A stretch of DNA of 64,000 nt, from the sequence record MN871441.1; one strand, written 5' to 3'. The first letter of the stretch is position 1; each line of letters starts with the position of its first letter. The notes beneath the pieces were generated by a model, which saw only the letters and a program-made list of their open reading frames with translations, was not told where the DNA came from and searched no databases. Position numbers and translations under genes: made by a program. Below are positions 27,562 to 37,955 of this stretch, piece by piece.

Positions 27562-28554
27562 TTATACTTCATCAATCAATTCCTTACGACGCTGTTTTAT
27601 TGCTTTACCAAGTTCTTTTCCTTGGAGTTCTGGGAAGTCCTTAGCACTTACAGATCGCCACAAATCGATGTGTTCTTGACGAATCGGTTGGTGCATCAAT
27701 GCATAGTGAAGCTTCGGTGTGTCGTGAGTTGCACCCGCATAATCGAGAACTTCGAACCGAGACCCAGAAAAGTAGTACATCTCCGCTTCCATCCGTTGAT
27801 ATGAAGTAAGATGTAGTTTCTCATGAACCTTCAAATAACTATCAAAATCTTCACAGTAATAGCAAAGGTCTGCAATGGTGCTATCTGTATAGGTCTTTCC
27901 ATCTTTACTGAGGTTCTTAACAAAATCCCGATCGAACCCAAAGAATTCTACCACGTCGAGTTCCCGAAGTATACCCATGAACACATCAACATGGCTCATA
28001 TCTTCCATACACTTCATGAACTCAATGAATACCCGTTCTTTAGATACCATATCCAAAGCACCACCAACAATCATATCGGTTACTGCCTTTTCAGTTTCTG
28101 GTTCCATCTTGAATCCGTAGCGTCCAGCAAAACGAATTGCACGGAAAACACGAAGAGGATCATCACGAAACGCATATGGGTTTACCATACGAATCAGTTT
28201 CTTTCCAATATCTTGGATACCATGATAAGGATCGATATAAACAGAGTTTATGGGGTCATACGCGATAGCGTTTATGGTGAAATCTCGACGGTATAGGTCT
28301 TCTTCGATAGTTACATCTGGGTTGAAATCGACCTGAAAATCGTTGTACCCAATACCAGTTGATACCTCTGTACGAGCCAATGCGATCTCTTCACCATCAT
28401 TGTCAAGGTATACTGGGAAATGAGCACCGACACACTTATAACCAAGACCCTCCATTTCTTCTTTTGTGGAACCTACAACAACCCAATCACGGTCTTTGAC
28501 CGGTTTCCCCATTATTTGATCTCGAACTGCACCACCAACAAGATATTTTTCCAT
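27562..28554 (-). CDS. cca: class II tRNA nucleotidyltransferase (CCA-adding)
   Basis: YLVGGAVRD..DRDWVV, EDLYRRDFTINAIA, FRDDPLRVFRAIRF. Confidence 0.93.
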   Translation of the reverse strand: MEKYLVGGAVRDQIMGKPVKDRDWVVVGSTKEEMEGLGYKCVGAHFPVYLDNDGEEIALARTEVSTGIGYNDFQVDFNPDVTIEEDLYRRDFTINAIAYDPINSVYIDPYHGIQDIGKKLIRMVNPYAFRDDPLRVFRAIRFAGRYGFKMEPETEKAVTDMIVGGALDMVSKERVFIEFMKCMEDMSHVDVFMGILRELDVVEFFGFDRDFVKNLSKDGKTYTDSTIADLCYYCEDFDSYLKVHEKLHLTSYQRMEAEMYYFSGSRFEVLDYAGATHDTPKLHYALMHQPIRQEHIDLWRSVSAKDFPELQGKELGKAIKQRRKELIDEV

Positions 28555-28555
28555 T

Positions 28556-28927
28556 TTACCACTCCTTCAATGGCTTTTGTTTTAGTGTATTACAAGATTT
28601 ATACAATAAATCGATCTTGTTGATGTCAACATAAATCTTGTTTGTTGTGTACGTAAAGCAACCTTTCAACTTTGGATAAAGGTCGTCCGCAGTCATTAGA
28701 ACAATTGGTTTCTGCTCTGAATGTTTCCGGATCCCCCACTTGTTAAACTTAAAAAACTTGTTTTTGTAATCACAATACAAGGCATACCCAGCTTCACTTA
28801 AAGCTTGCTTATAATGAGATGGGAGATTTTCAAGCTTTCTTCCACGGTATACTTCAAAACAACACATTATTAAAAATACAATAACAAAGAAAATCGAGCA
28901 AAATACCGCTGCGTTGATAATATCCAT
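28556..28927 (-). CDS. membrane-anchored hypothetical protein
   Basis: N-terminal TM segment. Confidence 0.6.
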   Translation of the reverse strand: MDIINAAVFCSIFFVIVFLIMCCFEVYRGRKLENLPSHYKQALSEAGYALYCDYKNKFFKFNKWGIRKHSEQKPIVLMTADDLYPKLKGCFTYTTNKIYVDINKIDLLYKSCNTLKQKPLKEW

Positions 28928-28937
28928 AAATTTATCC

Positions 28938-29165
28938 TTAGCGAACCATGGTTTTCATTTTCTTAACAACCACGGTGGTCTGGGTGGAAGGACCACGACG
29001 ACCAGTACGGGTCAGGGTCATCGGAGTTTTCTTTTCTACATTAACAGTGACGGACCGACCCCAACGATTAGTGGAATCTTTACCGTTGTCGGTCATTTTA
29101 CCGAAGGACACAGCACGAGCAGCAGAACGAGTACCAAATACGAATTGAACAGTCATAGTAGTCAT
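28938..29165 (-). CDS. small basic hypothetical protein
   Basis: 75 aa ORF. Confidence 0.6.
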   Translation of the reverse strand: MTTMTVQFVFGTRSAARAVSFGKMTDNGKDSTNRWGRSVTVNVEKKTPMTLTRTGRRGPSTQTTVVVKKMKTMVR

Positions 29166-29247
29166 AATAAATCTCCCAATGTTTCGAATGTCTTTTCTGT
29201 CTACGGGATTAGTATCTCAAAACCAAACACGGATTGCAACAGGTTTT

Positions 29248-29478
29248 TCAATTCTTTTTCTTGGGCCAGAAAGGAGCCAAGTAAGCGAAATCAACAAAGT
29301 CTATTTCTACATGTTTGATATCAAAAACAAACAAGGTATTGATGTCCAAGAAAAGTTGATTTGCAGTCGAAATACTCACAGGGAAACCAAGAAGTTTATC
29401 AAGTTCATCCCTTTCTTTACTATTCACATAATTCAGATGGGCTTTGATAAACTGTTCGCGGGTAACAACAACCTTCAT
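29248..29478 (-). CDS. hypothetical protein
   Basis: AAGGAG RBS after promoter. Confidence 0.65.
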   Translation of the reverse strand: MKVVVTREQFIKAHLNYVNSKERDELDKLLGFPVSISTANQLFLDINTLFVFDIKHVEIDFVDFAYLAPFWPKKKN

Positions 29479-29505
29479 AACAATTCTCCTTAGTTTGTAT
29501 GGCCT

Positions 29506-29533
29506 ATTTTACTTGGTTTTTTAATGATGTCAA
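29506..29533 (-). promoter_or_regulatory. sigma70-like early promoter
   Basis: TTGACA-N16-TAAAAT. Confidence 0.55.
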
Positions 29534-29534
29534 T

Positions 29535-29560
29535 AACAAAAAGCCCCAATTAAGGGGCTT
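29535..29560 (-). terminator. intrinsic terminator
   Basis: AAGCCCC stem + T-tract; near-identical to 51547 hairpin. Confidence 0.7.
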
Positions 29561-29564
29561 TCTT

Positions 29565-29780
29565 TTAAAACTTGAAGGATACTGCTTGTGAAAGCACTTC
29601 CTTAGTACCATGGGAAAGGGACTTGGAAGCAAACGCTTCTGCTTTCATAGCCCGACGAACACGAGCCCGGAGTGCATCACCGAACTGGTCAACACGACCG
29701 TTTGATTTGCGCTTATAACCCTGACGACCGGTCAGTTTCTTCTCTTCAACTTTTTGTACTGCTTTCTTTTGCTTTGCCAT
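29565..29780 (-). CDS. 30.9: T4 gp30.9-like basic protein
   Basis: MAKQKKA..GYKRKSNGRV; next to gp31 as in T4. Confidence 0.7.
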   Translation of the reverse strand: MAKQKKAVQKVEEKKLTGRQGYKRKSNGRVDQFGDALRARVRRAMKAEAFASKSLSHGTKEVLSQAVSFKF

Positions 29781-29894
29781 TTTGTATTTCCTTTTTTAAA
29801 TTTTCGATGATTTCTTTATCAATTTCTTCTGTCAAGATCTTTTGGTATTCTTCTGGATTTTCTTTAATCCATTGAAAGATGCAAGAAGTTTCCA

Positions 29895-30272
29895 TTATTC
29901 TTTATCTGTGTGAGTGTAAACACCACGCACAGCCAGATGATGACAGGTAACATAGATGATATCTTTTCCGCTATCTTCTTTCAATTCTTTTCGAATTACA
30001 CGAGGATCCCAGAATTTAGCGAAATTACCGGTAGTTGGTAGGGCAACCTCGGCACCAATCATTTCATTGAAGTCTTTAGGGCAATTACCACCAACAGAGA
30101 CGATGACCCCATGGGTAGGAATACCACCTTGCTTGTTTTGGGTTGCCGTAGCAAGAACAATACCAGCAGACGATTTTTCTTCTTCCCCCGCCCGAGCGGC
30201 TTCACATCGCAGGATGAGATGATCACCCATAGCTTTAAATCCAAGTTTACTTTGGTCGATTTTTTGTTGCAT
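29895..30272 (-). CDS. 31: head assembly co-chaperonin (GroES-like)
   Basis: KAMGDHLIL..AGEEE..SAGIVL..VIVSVG..VTCH. Confidence 0.85.
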   Translation of the reverse strand: MQQKIDQSKLGFKAMGDHLILRCEAARAGEEEKSSAGIVLATATQNKQGGIPTHGVIVSVGGNCPKDFNEMIGAEVALPTTGNFAKFWDPRVIRKELKEDSGKDIIYVTCHHLAVRGVYTHTDKE

Positions 30273-30317
30273 TTCGTTTTCTCTTTTTATTGGTTTATAT
30301 ACAACGAGTATAGCATG

Positions 30318-30584
30318 TTATTGGTATCCATTTAATAATTTGTATGAGATTTCATTAAAATACCGTTTCATCAAAAATAGGTCTTGATCGATAACCATAT
30401 AATCTTTTGTATATGAATGACCCGTCCTACAAATATTTCTGTGTTCTATTTCACTAATAATAAGGTTCATTTTATGAAGGGTTGGTACACTTAATACCTC
30501 ACCTTCAAACATATCAACGAAATCATGATAACACAGTTCTCGACTTGGTTGAACTTCGATTTTAAACATCGATATCAACCACAC
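30318..30584 (-). CDS. hypothetical protein
   Basis: 88 aa ORF. Confidence 0.5.
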   Translation of the reverse strand: MWLISMFKIEVQPSRELCYHDFVDMFEGEVLSVPTLHKMNLIISEIEHRNICRTGHSYTKDYMVIDQDLFLMKRYFNEISYKLLNGYQ

Positions 30585-30949
30585 CCAAGCTCATAGCTTC
30601 TATCATATGATGAATATCACCAACAGTGGTAAATCCAACTTGAATCAAATTGCTAAGTTTAAATGTCCGAAATGCACCCTTGTCCACATCAAAGAAGCGA
30701 ACAACATCTGGATTTACTTTACGAGGTTTGGATTCGGAACTACCTTCGGTAGGTTTNNCNNNAGCNTNAANAANTNCCTCAGTATCNANAGNTGCTTGAN
30801 NANNACNNNNNGTACCATCAGTTANNTTTTCANAACTACGNNNNTCTTGTNCNACTNNGGNNTGANGNACTNNNNNAANNACNNATTTNANNANNNCTNN
30901 CTTNTNNATGCNGTTTACTNGANNNNCATAANTNNNNNNNTCAATTANN

Positions 30950-31528
30950 TCACCACNANGGNCTGACTNCTATANNNNNATCACTCANNTATNTTNTCNC
31001 NCNCNTNNGNATNCNNNTNNCTNNAACCGNATNATNNTNANNATCCAAAGTTNCNTNACCACNANGGACTACTTCTATACCCTGATCCTCAAGTATCTTC
31101 TCCCACCCATCAGGAGATTTACTATAACGGGTATGATAAATAACTTTCTTGATCCCAGCCGCTGCCATATGCTTTGCACAGTTAGAACACGGACTAAGAG
31201 ACGTTACCAACGTAGCACCATCAACCGACTGACCAGCGCGGGCTGCATATAGAAGGGCATTCATTTCACTATGAACAACATGGATATTAGCCCAGTTACT
31301 ATATTCCTCTTCGTGTTCTGGATAAAGGCGCACCATTCCACGTTGGAATCCAGCCCATTTCATATTAATAGCATGTTCATCAGGATTAATACCACCCGCA
31401 CGAGTACCATTATACCCAGTAGAAATAACCCGACCATCTTTAACGATAACGGTTCCAACCTTATGGCTAGGGCATTTACTTTCATTACTCACAGCCAATG
31501 CCATAGTAACCAGAGTTTTAATCTTCAT
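30950..31528 (-). CDS. cd: dCMP deaminase
   Basis: SKC..KVG, TGYNG, HSEMNAL, SPCSNC. Confidence 0.93.
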   Translation of the reverse strand: MKIKTLVTMALAVSNESKCPSHKVGTVIVKDGRVISTGYNGTRAGGINPDEHAINMKWAGFQRGMVRLYPEHEEEYSNWANIHVVHSEMNALLYAARAGQSVDGATLVTSLSPCSNCAKHMAAAGIKKVIYHTRYSKSPDGWEKILEDQGIEVVXXGXXTLDXXXXXVXXXXXXXXXXXXXSDXXIXVXXXW

Positions 31529-31764
31529 TAGTTGATATCCTTTTCTGGTGATTTATATTGTTGTCCATGACAATAATAAACCTTATCTTTATACTCATAA
31601 ACGGTAAAGATTTGGATAGGNTGACCNAAAGGATCNACNACNGCAATCTCAAAAACCGTGTCTGATTTCTTCATAGACCCCAACTCGAAAGAGGGGGAGG
31701 AACTGAATTATCAAANCGTCGAATTAGTTCTTTAACATCGTTTTCAAANCTCATATCAAAATTC

Positions 31765-32046
31765 TCACTTCTTATATTTTAGATCTTTGACTTCAAGTAC
31801 ACGAATGGTACTTCCAATCTGATACATCTTTCGGATTTCTTCTTGAGATAATGGTTTATAAACATCACCAAGAATTGGGCGTTTCTTAACCAACACCCCT
31901 TTCTCGATGGAAGTTTCCAAATAAGGAACAAATATATCTCTCTCGTAATCCTCTGCTTCTTTTTTTGACTTAAAGAGCAGAGCCTGTTCATTTTGAAAAA
32001 TTAAATGTGTTTTTCCTGATTCGTCAGAAAATGTCAATGCAAACAT
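31765..32046 (-). CDS. hypothetical protein
   Basis: AGGAG RBS. Confidence 0.65.
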   Translation of the reverse strand: MFALTFSDESGKTHLIFQNEQALLFKSKKEAEDYERDIFVPYLETSIEKGVLVKKRPILGDVYKPLSQEEIRKMYQIGSTIRVLEVKDLKYKK

Positions 32047-32099
32047 GATTAATCTCCTATTTCACTGGTGATCATATCACATCATTGACCACCATTTAA

Positions 32100-32651
32100 T
32101 TATTTACACGTTTCTGGGATCCCATAGACATACTCCATAGTCTCAATGAGACCTTTCAGATCTAACGTTAATGACCTATGTTCTAGTGCAGGCGTAACAT
32201 ACCGTACAGAAATATAATCCGATTCCCATAGCATTCTATAAGATCCTGTACATCCATACAGTTCATCGTAAGAAAAAAGCTTCAACGCAATGGAAGAGTC
32301 CGAATTTCTTATTGTGGAAGCAACCCCTTTAAAACTTGAGTTCTGAGAACTATAAGTTGCTTCGTTATCGCCAATAGAAACGGTTATAGGAGCTTTCGGG
32401 TGTATGTCTGTCTTCATGGTTGTCAGATTAAGATAAAATGCCCTATGAGCCTGTATAGAGCCTATATGAAGCATATACGGAAGGTCAATATCATCTTCGT
32501 AATCTGGGTGTTGGAATGAACCAACCAAATGACGTTCTTTCAACGAAGCAGCATCATTTATGATATGTTCTCTCCATACCCTCTGAGTATCTAAAACCTC
32601 TGAATGTAAAGGAGTAGAGATTAAAAGACATAAAAGAAGATATTTTACCAT
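32100..32651 (-). CDS. exported hypothetical protein
   Basis: signal-peptide-like MVKYLLLCLLISTPLHS. Confidence 0.65.
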   Translation of the reverse strand: MVKYLLLCLLISTPLHSEVLDTQRVWREHIINDAASLKERHLVGSFQHPDYEDDIDLPYMLHIGSIQAHRAFYLNLTTMKTDIHPKAPITVSIGDNEATYSSQNSSFKGVASTIRNSDSSIALKLFSYDELYGCTGSYRMLWESDYISVRYVTPALEHRSLTLDLKGLIETMEYVYGIPETCK

Positions 32652-32851
32652 ATTACCTCTTATAGATCTTGTGGTCTTNGGGGAGGTTAATAATTCCCCA
32701 AACACAAATGTCATCCNAGNAGGGNTGTCGTCTNAAATGAAANAGACGACCGTTTACATACTTGTATAATGCACCAAAATCATCAGTGTGGGTAGCCTGA
32801 GCTTTCAGGCGTTCCCCTTTAGATTTTCTCTTTTTTGTAAACCAGTTCATA

Positions 32852-33768
32852 TTAAAAGTCTCCGGGTTGAACCTGAAAACATTCGATACCAAGGTCACGC
32901 CACATTTTAACAACTTGGTCTCGATCATCAACGCAATGGGTTACGTTATAGTATGGTGCGATATGACGCCAGAACAGTTCCTCTTTGATGATCTTATCAG
33001 AACGTTGATCTCCTTGTTCGCGTTGGATATGAACGTCGATAGGCATACCATGCTTAATACACCAGTCATAAGTGTCCTGCATACATACACCATCACGACC
33101 AGACGCAACAATGATAACATAACCACGATATTTCAGAAGTTGTGCATATTGGATAACTGTATGACGAGGGGTGTCTTCCTTGACACGAGCCCAATCAAAC
33201 GGATCTCGGTCATTCTTTTCTGCTATAGTACCATCAACATCAAAGATAACTGCCATCGGAAGAGATTCATCAGGAGTATATGTTACCTTTGGTTCATAAT
33301 CAACAACAATTCCACCATAAACCTCATAACGATGGAATTGGTCATCAAACTGGGTAACCATACGATCCAGAACGGAATCATTTACAGACCAACCACCACG
33401 AGTGGAATTACGGCGTTTCAGTTCTTCCATNGGAACAGGNAACCAAACCAGNGTNACANTATANCCCANNTCCTTAAGTTNNNNGATCATAACCTTACGA
33501 AANTTTTCATTCAGGTTTGTATCAGAGATAACAANTTGTTTNCCNGCCTCGTGNGCAGCNAGAACCTTGCGCCAGTTNACNTCAGTNACCAGAGCNTCAC
33601 GGTCTTTCCCGAAGTTATAACCNTTCCAGCTCTTGATCTGGAACAGGCTACGNCGAGTATCATCACGGTTGATATTAACCATCTTACCTTGTGACTTTTN
33701 GACCATCATTTCGGCCCAAGTANTTTTTCCACTCGAACTNAGCACCGATAGTGATANANAGCGTNCAT
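32852..33768 (-). CDS. pseT: polynucleotide 5'-kinase/3'-phosphatase
   Basis: GAxSSGKxTWA P-loop, NRDD, SDTNL; IFDVDGT, SGR, D..IKEE, VDDRDQVVKMWR. Confidence 0.93.
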
Positions 33769-34014
33769 ATNTTTCCTNNATNNTGTTTNANNATGAAATT
33801 GATACGANNTTNCATGGCGATCATTTCCCATCGCATCATATTTTTACCATGTTCAGAAATGTAATTCTCAAACATAATATTAGCTTCGATTGTATCAGAT
33901 TGATACACTTCTGCAACTTTCTGACAGAAGTTTTCGGTCTCTTGGTTTTTGAAAGGTTTCATGAAATCCCCCTTTGTTTCAACAAAAACATTATCTCACA
34001 AAGGCAAAACGAGA

Positions 34015-34356
34015 TCAACAAATTTCATCAATTACACCAAGTTCAACAATTTCGTACTCTTGAAGGGCTTCATACCCTTTACCTGTTTTATAGTATTCTT
34101 CAAGTTCTGGATTTTGTGGTTCTGAGTTGTACCAAGGTACATCATGTTCACCAGAAAGAACACGTTCCAGATACCCTACACGGTTTGTAATAAACGGTAT
34201 GTAACACTCCAGAGAGAAACATGCTTGAACACCATTTTGAAAATCACCCTGTGAACCTACGGTATGGATACCAACGAAAATTCCTTTAGTCCCTTTCTTA
34301 CGAAGTGCGTAAAACATATCGTTTCTCCTATCTAAGTTGAGAATCTTTACTTCCAC
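34015..34356 (-). CDS. hypothetical protein
   Basis: ORF after promoter. Confidence 0.6.
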   Translation of the reverse strand: MEVKILNLDRRNDMFYALRKKGTKGIFVGIHTVGSQGDFQNGVQACFSLECYIPFITNRVGYLERVLSGEHDVPWYNSEPQNPELEEYYKTGKGYEALQEYEIVELGVIDEIC

Positions 34357-34585
34357 GACGATTATATAATGGTTTCATCTTTTTGTCTAGGTCACTTTGA
34401 CATTTAACACAAAAATGAACAACCATTATTTTCCTTCTCCCTTCCGGGATCCTATCTCCNCATTCTTCNCAAAATTCNGACGANATCCCTTTGTGAANTT
34501 GAGAACGAGCAAAGTCAATTCCATTGTTGATTGTGGATTCAATAGTTTCCAAATGGTTATCGCAACCACCAAACCCAACAGCCAT
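34328..34585 (-). CDS. TraR/DksA C4 zinc-finger protein (YbiI-like)
   Basis: GDRIPEGRR..FCVKCQ and terminal YNRRGSKDSQLR as in E. coli YbiI. Confidence 0.88.
   Translation of the reverse strand: MAVGFGGCDNHLETIESTINNGIDFARSQXHKGXSXEFXEEXGDRIPEGRRKIMVVHFCVKCQSDLDKKMKPLYNRRGSKDSQLR
34361..34389 (-). promoter_or_regulatory. sigma70-like promoter
   Basis: TAGACA-N17-TATAAT. Confidence 0.55.
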
Positions 34586-34842
34586 TATTTCACCTCTCCC
34601 AGAACGTTGGAGAGGAAACTTCCATAATCAGTTCCGAAGGCTTCAACTCCCTCATCACTCATCGCAAGAATATAATTCCCACGGTTCCCGAAGTTTGTCC
34701 ACATCAGTCCATCGAACCAAGCAACTCCAGAGTCTTCGTCGAAGTCTGTACAGACAATGACGTCGTTAAGACAATCCATGTGCTCAACAGCAACACCAAA
34801 CATAGAAACGATTTTATAAGACTGACCAATTTTAAATATCAT
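34585..34842 (-). CDS. hypothetical protein
   Basis: AGGAG RBS. Confidence 0.65.
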   Translation of the reverse strand: MIFKIGQSYKIVSMFGVAVEHMDCLNDVIVCTDFDEDSGVAWFDGLMWTNFGNRGNYILAMSDEGVEAFGTDYGSFLSNVLGEVK

Positions 34843-34874
34843 AATTATCTCCTTTTTGATTTAAATTTATTAAA

Positions 34875-35135
34875 TCACATTACATTAATTTGGTCAACAA
34901 CAAATTTTGGCACCATCACACGATAGATTTCAAAATCTTCAAGGGTAGCATCCCGGATTTCTTTTCCGAAAGTAGAGATTGGTTCTTCGGACAGAGAAGG
35001 ATAACCTCGGAGAAGAGATCCTCGGAGAATACCTACTGTATTCTGATCTTCTTCGTAGATGTACCCAATGGCATACTCGTTAACAACTACATAGCGAACT
35101 TTACGGATCCCACTATCATCATACCACTTAGCCAT
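34875..35135 (-). CDS. hypothetical protein
   Basis: 86 aa ORF. Confidence 0.65.
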   Translation of the reverse strand: MAKWYDDSGIRKVRYVVVNEYAIGYIYEEDQNTVGILRGSLLRGYPSLSEEPISTFGKEIRDATLEDFEIYRVMVPKFVVDQINVM

Positions 35136-35138
35136 GAT

Positions 35139-35555
35139 TTACTCTCCTATAGTCTGATAACGAATATCTTCACATGTTTTCATCGGGACACCAATAGAAT
35201 CCCAAAACATAGGATCTTTCTTAGCGATTAAGGCGAACAGATCTGAATCTTCCCAACATACCTTAGTACCACGCTGAAGTTCACTAACCACTTCGTCCAT
35301 CTTGGATACAAAGTATTGAGTCCATGATACATCCAATCCATCCCAGTCCTTATGGCCGTATAACTCATAAAGGAATTTGTCGATATATGAAGACCCACTA
35401 ACGGCGATACCCATCTGAATAGAACGAATCAAACGGCATACATATACATTCTGAATTTTCATTTCACGACGAACCATATCATTATTCCTTATCAAAATCA
35501 CCAGACAGAACTTTTGTAGCCAGAACACAGGAACCATACCACACAAGACCACCAA
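35139..35555 (-). CDS. hypothetical protein
   Basis: true start probably MVRREMKI. Confidence 0.55.
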   Translation of the reverse strand: MVVLCGMVPVFWLQKFCLVILIRNNDMVRREMKIQNVYVCRLIRSIQMGIAVSGSSYIDKFLYELYGHKDWDGLDVSWTQYFVSKMDEVVSELQRGTKVCWEDSDLFALIAKKDPMFWDSIGVPMKTCEDIRYQTIGE

Positions 35556-35651
35556 TAGTAAGTACTGATATAGTAATTAGTTCGCTCATGTTTTCTAGTC
35601 TCCAAAAAGAAAAAGGTCTCATCCCGAAGGACAAGACCTATTATACTCATA

Positions 35652-36179
35652 TCACTGACGATAGCAACCACAAGATCGTAAAAACTTGATGTTTTTTGCG
35701 ATCCGTTCGTAATACTCAATCCCATCAGCACTGTTTGGGTTGTATCCAGCGTTATAGCTTTTAACAACCATTTTCCAGTCGCCATTTCGGATTTTCTTCC
35801 AGTACTCAAGCTCCATAAGTGCATAGTTTGCGGAACTCTCCATACTGTTAATGAGTTCAGACCTTAGCTTTCGCTGTTGTCTCCAACCCATCTTAGCGCC
35901 AGTTAGCTGTTCAACTCGTTTAACCGTATATTTCAGGTTGTTCTGGAACACACCATAATCACCGGTACGATTGTTGATTAAAAATTTACCTGCACGACTC
36001 TCGGTAAGAGCGATTGCAGCCAGTGTAAGCCCATAACCGGAAGACTCTCCCAGCTCATAAGCTCGCTGAATTGTATAAATCTGATTATCCGTTAGTTCAC
36101 GGTTTTCATACATAACAGCATTTGCCGATATCGACGTTAGAAGTAGGAGGATACCTACTAATATACTACCACTTTTCAT
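35652..36179 (-). CDS. vs.1: lysozyme-like/SLT transglycosylase (T4 Vs.1-like)
   Basis: signal peptide, AAIALTES, YGVFQN, ELEYW, SYNAG. Confidence 0.85.
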   Translation of the reverse strand: MKSGSILVGILLLLTSISANAVMYENRELTDNQIYTIQRAYELGESSGYGLTLAAIALTESRAGKFLINNRTGDYGVFQNNLKYTVKRVEQLTGAKMGWRQQRKLRSELINSMESSANYALMELEYWKKIRNGDWKMVVKSYNAGYNPNSADGIEYYERIAKNIKFLRSCGCYRQ

Positions 36180-36503
36180 CTTCGATCCTTTTTAGTGGAA
36201 GGGGTGAANNGTGGACTTNCNAACNCNNATCTAAANNCANGCNANGCCCAAAGTNTNANTNNGTGTNNANNATACNTTGTCANANTGNTTTATCANACTC
36301 ANTATNTNNANTCNNNNNNGNNNTCNNNATNGTANACGGANTTGATGTATGNCCANNAANNCNTTNTGTNTNNNNNCNNAGGTCTTNTANCTATNCNCAN
36401 ANNATNTGNAANNNTCACCNNGANAGANNAGCNNANNNTTAGTTNNNNTNNTTCTAGCNTCNNNTAGANCTTCANACANCNTGTTTNAATTAACTTGACN
36501 TTC

Positions 36504-37151
36504 TCAAGGTTCTACCTTTNAGATTNAGTGCANTNATNCTNTANANCCTGTTTCATNTTTANNNNNNANGNNNNNNNNNTNGAANNGNNCNNNANCNTNN
36601 NNANCCAGACNNGNNNCNANNCGNNNANTNNNNANNTNCGNNTTNNTNGNNGNTTNNNNNNNNNNNTNNTNNTNNTNTNNNNTNCCTTNNCANNGNNNNN
36701 ANTNGNNNTNTNANNNNNGNCNANNNNCNCNANGANNNNNGNNNNNTTCNCNNTNNTTCAACCCTGAGATGATGCAGTTATTCTCACGGCCTGTTTCATA
36801 TTTGACCTTCATTCCGGTGTAACGTGCTACCTGTTCACCGGTCATGTCTGGGTGATGGAAGCGAACGATAACGTCAGAATCCAGACTCTTACCAAGGACA
36901 ATATAGAAATGGATTTCGTTGAGGATGACGTTCGGCATGGTTTTGTTTTTCCATACCTTCGCCTCCGAGAGAGAGTTTTGAAGAATGTCGATGGCCGCAG
37001 GAACAAGGTCATTTANTTCNGCTTCTCGNTGTGCTTTTTTGGCCNGACNTTNNAATTTTNTCNNNCGNNTTTCTACNNCGATTTTGAGATCAAACAAATT
37101 ACCAAGGATCGTNCCTGTAGGTTTGTGAAGAAAATCACCANANAGNNTCAT
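36504..37151 (-). CDS. hypothetical protein, N-rich
   Basis: readable core 36765-37010 is open. Confidence 0.4.
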   Translation of the reverse strand: MXXXGDFLHKPTXTILGNLFDLKIXVEXXXXKXXXXAKKAXREXEXNDLVPAAIDILQNSLSEAKVWKNKTMPNVILNEIHFYIVLGKSLDSDVIVRFHHPDMTGEQVARYTGMKVKYETGRENNCIISGLXXXEXXXXXXXXXXXXXXXXXXXXXXXXXXXXXXXXXXXXXXXXXXXXXXLXXXXXXXFXXXXXXXKXETXXXXXXHXIXKVEP

Positions 37152-37337
37152 GGNAACTTCTTGTTCGTTCCAACCGTAGGCTTTGCAAAAATCAGAAGTG
37201 GTNNAGCTNATATTATTTCTCTCTTTNGTTTTGNTAGNNGTATAATCTCATACCCCGAAATTGAANNNNNNNNTNNNNGTCAATNGTTCTTTTGGTTTTT
37301 TGNGAATTCTTTGATGGATTCGACACTNACACNAAAA

Positions 37338-37616
37338 TTAAACANCNTCCTTGTGGTTATCAAATTCACAATCAAAACCACGAAGGTTCGCTTGATTGAT
37401 AATTTCAACCAATACAAGGTTTTTATCAAATTCAACTGTTTTTGGAATTCTGGCAGAAATAAAATCACACACNACCGAATATTTANTGGTTCCAATCAGA
37501 GAACGACGATTGAGCATATCCCGAATTACAGCATNCAGNATTTCCTCAACAATCTCATCTGTACTANGCTTGTTNCGAATGGTNATTTCTGTCAGTAAAT
37601 CTTTTGCGTCATACAT
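37338..37616 (-). CDS. hypothetical protein
   Basis: MYDAK start after GGAGG RBS. Confidence 0.55.
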   Translation of the reverse strand: MYDAKDLLTEXTIXNKXSTDEIVEEXLXAVIRDMLNRRSLIGTXKYSXVCDFISARIPKTVEFDKNLVLVEIINQANLRGFDCEFDNHKXXV

Positions 37617-37953
37617 TTCCAACCTCCAATTCCAAAAAACCTTTCTCATCAAGGATTTTACATGCGTCGATTACAACAACGTAATCCATAGCACAACACA
37701 CTGGTGTCCCATAAACTGAACTGTAGTAAACCACATCTTTCAATAGCCCCGGAAGGTTGTTTCCGTAGATATCTTTCAACGGAGAAATAATTTTTCCTTG
37801 GAGATGAGGTTTACATGCCAACATCAACCGATCCGCACAACGCCCTGCTTCGTTCCAACTTACATTTTTCATCAGANATTTCCTCTTATTTTCCAAACCA
37901 CATTNTACACAGTTTATACTGNTTTTCAACTGTTTCNAGACGACCTTTACCAT
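37609..37953 (-). CDS. hypothetical protein
   Basis: follows SprT stop. Confidence 0.5.
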   Translation of the reverse strand: MVKVVXKQLKXSINCVXCGLENKRKXLMKNVSWNEAGRCADRLMLACKPHLQGKIISPLKDIYGNNLPGLLKDVVYYSSVYGTPVCCAMDYVVVIDACKILDEKGFLELEVGNV

Positions 37954-37955
37954 AA

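Noticed and set aside
36200-36770. Hidden genes or repeats in the densest N block
   Set aside because: Too ambiguous to read.
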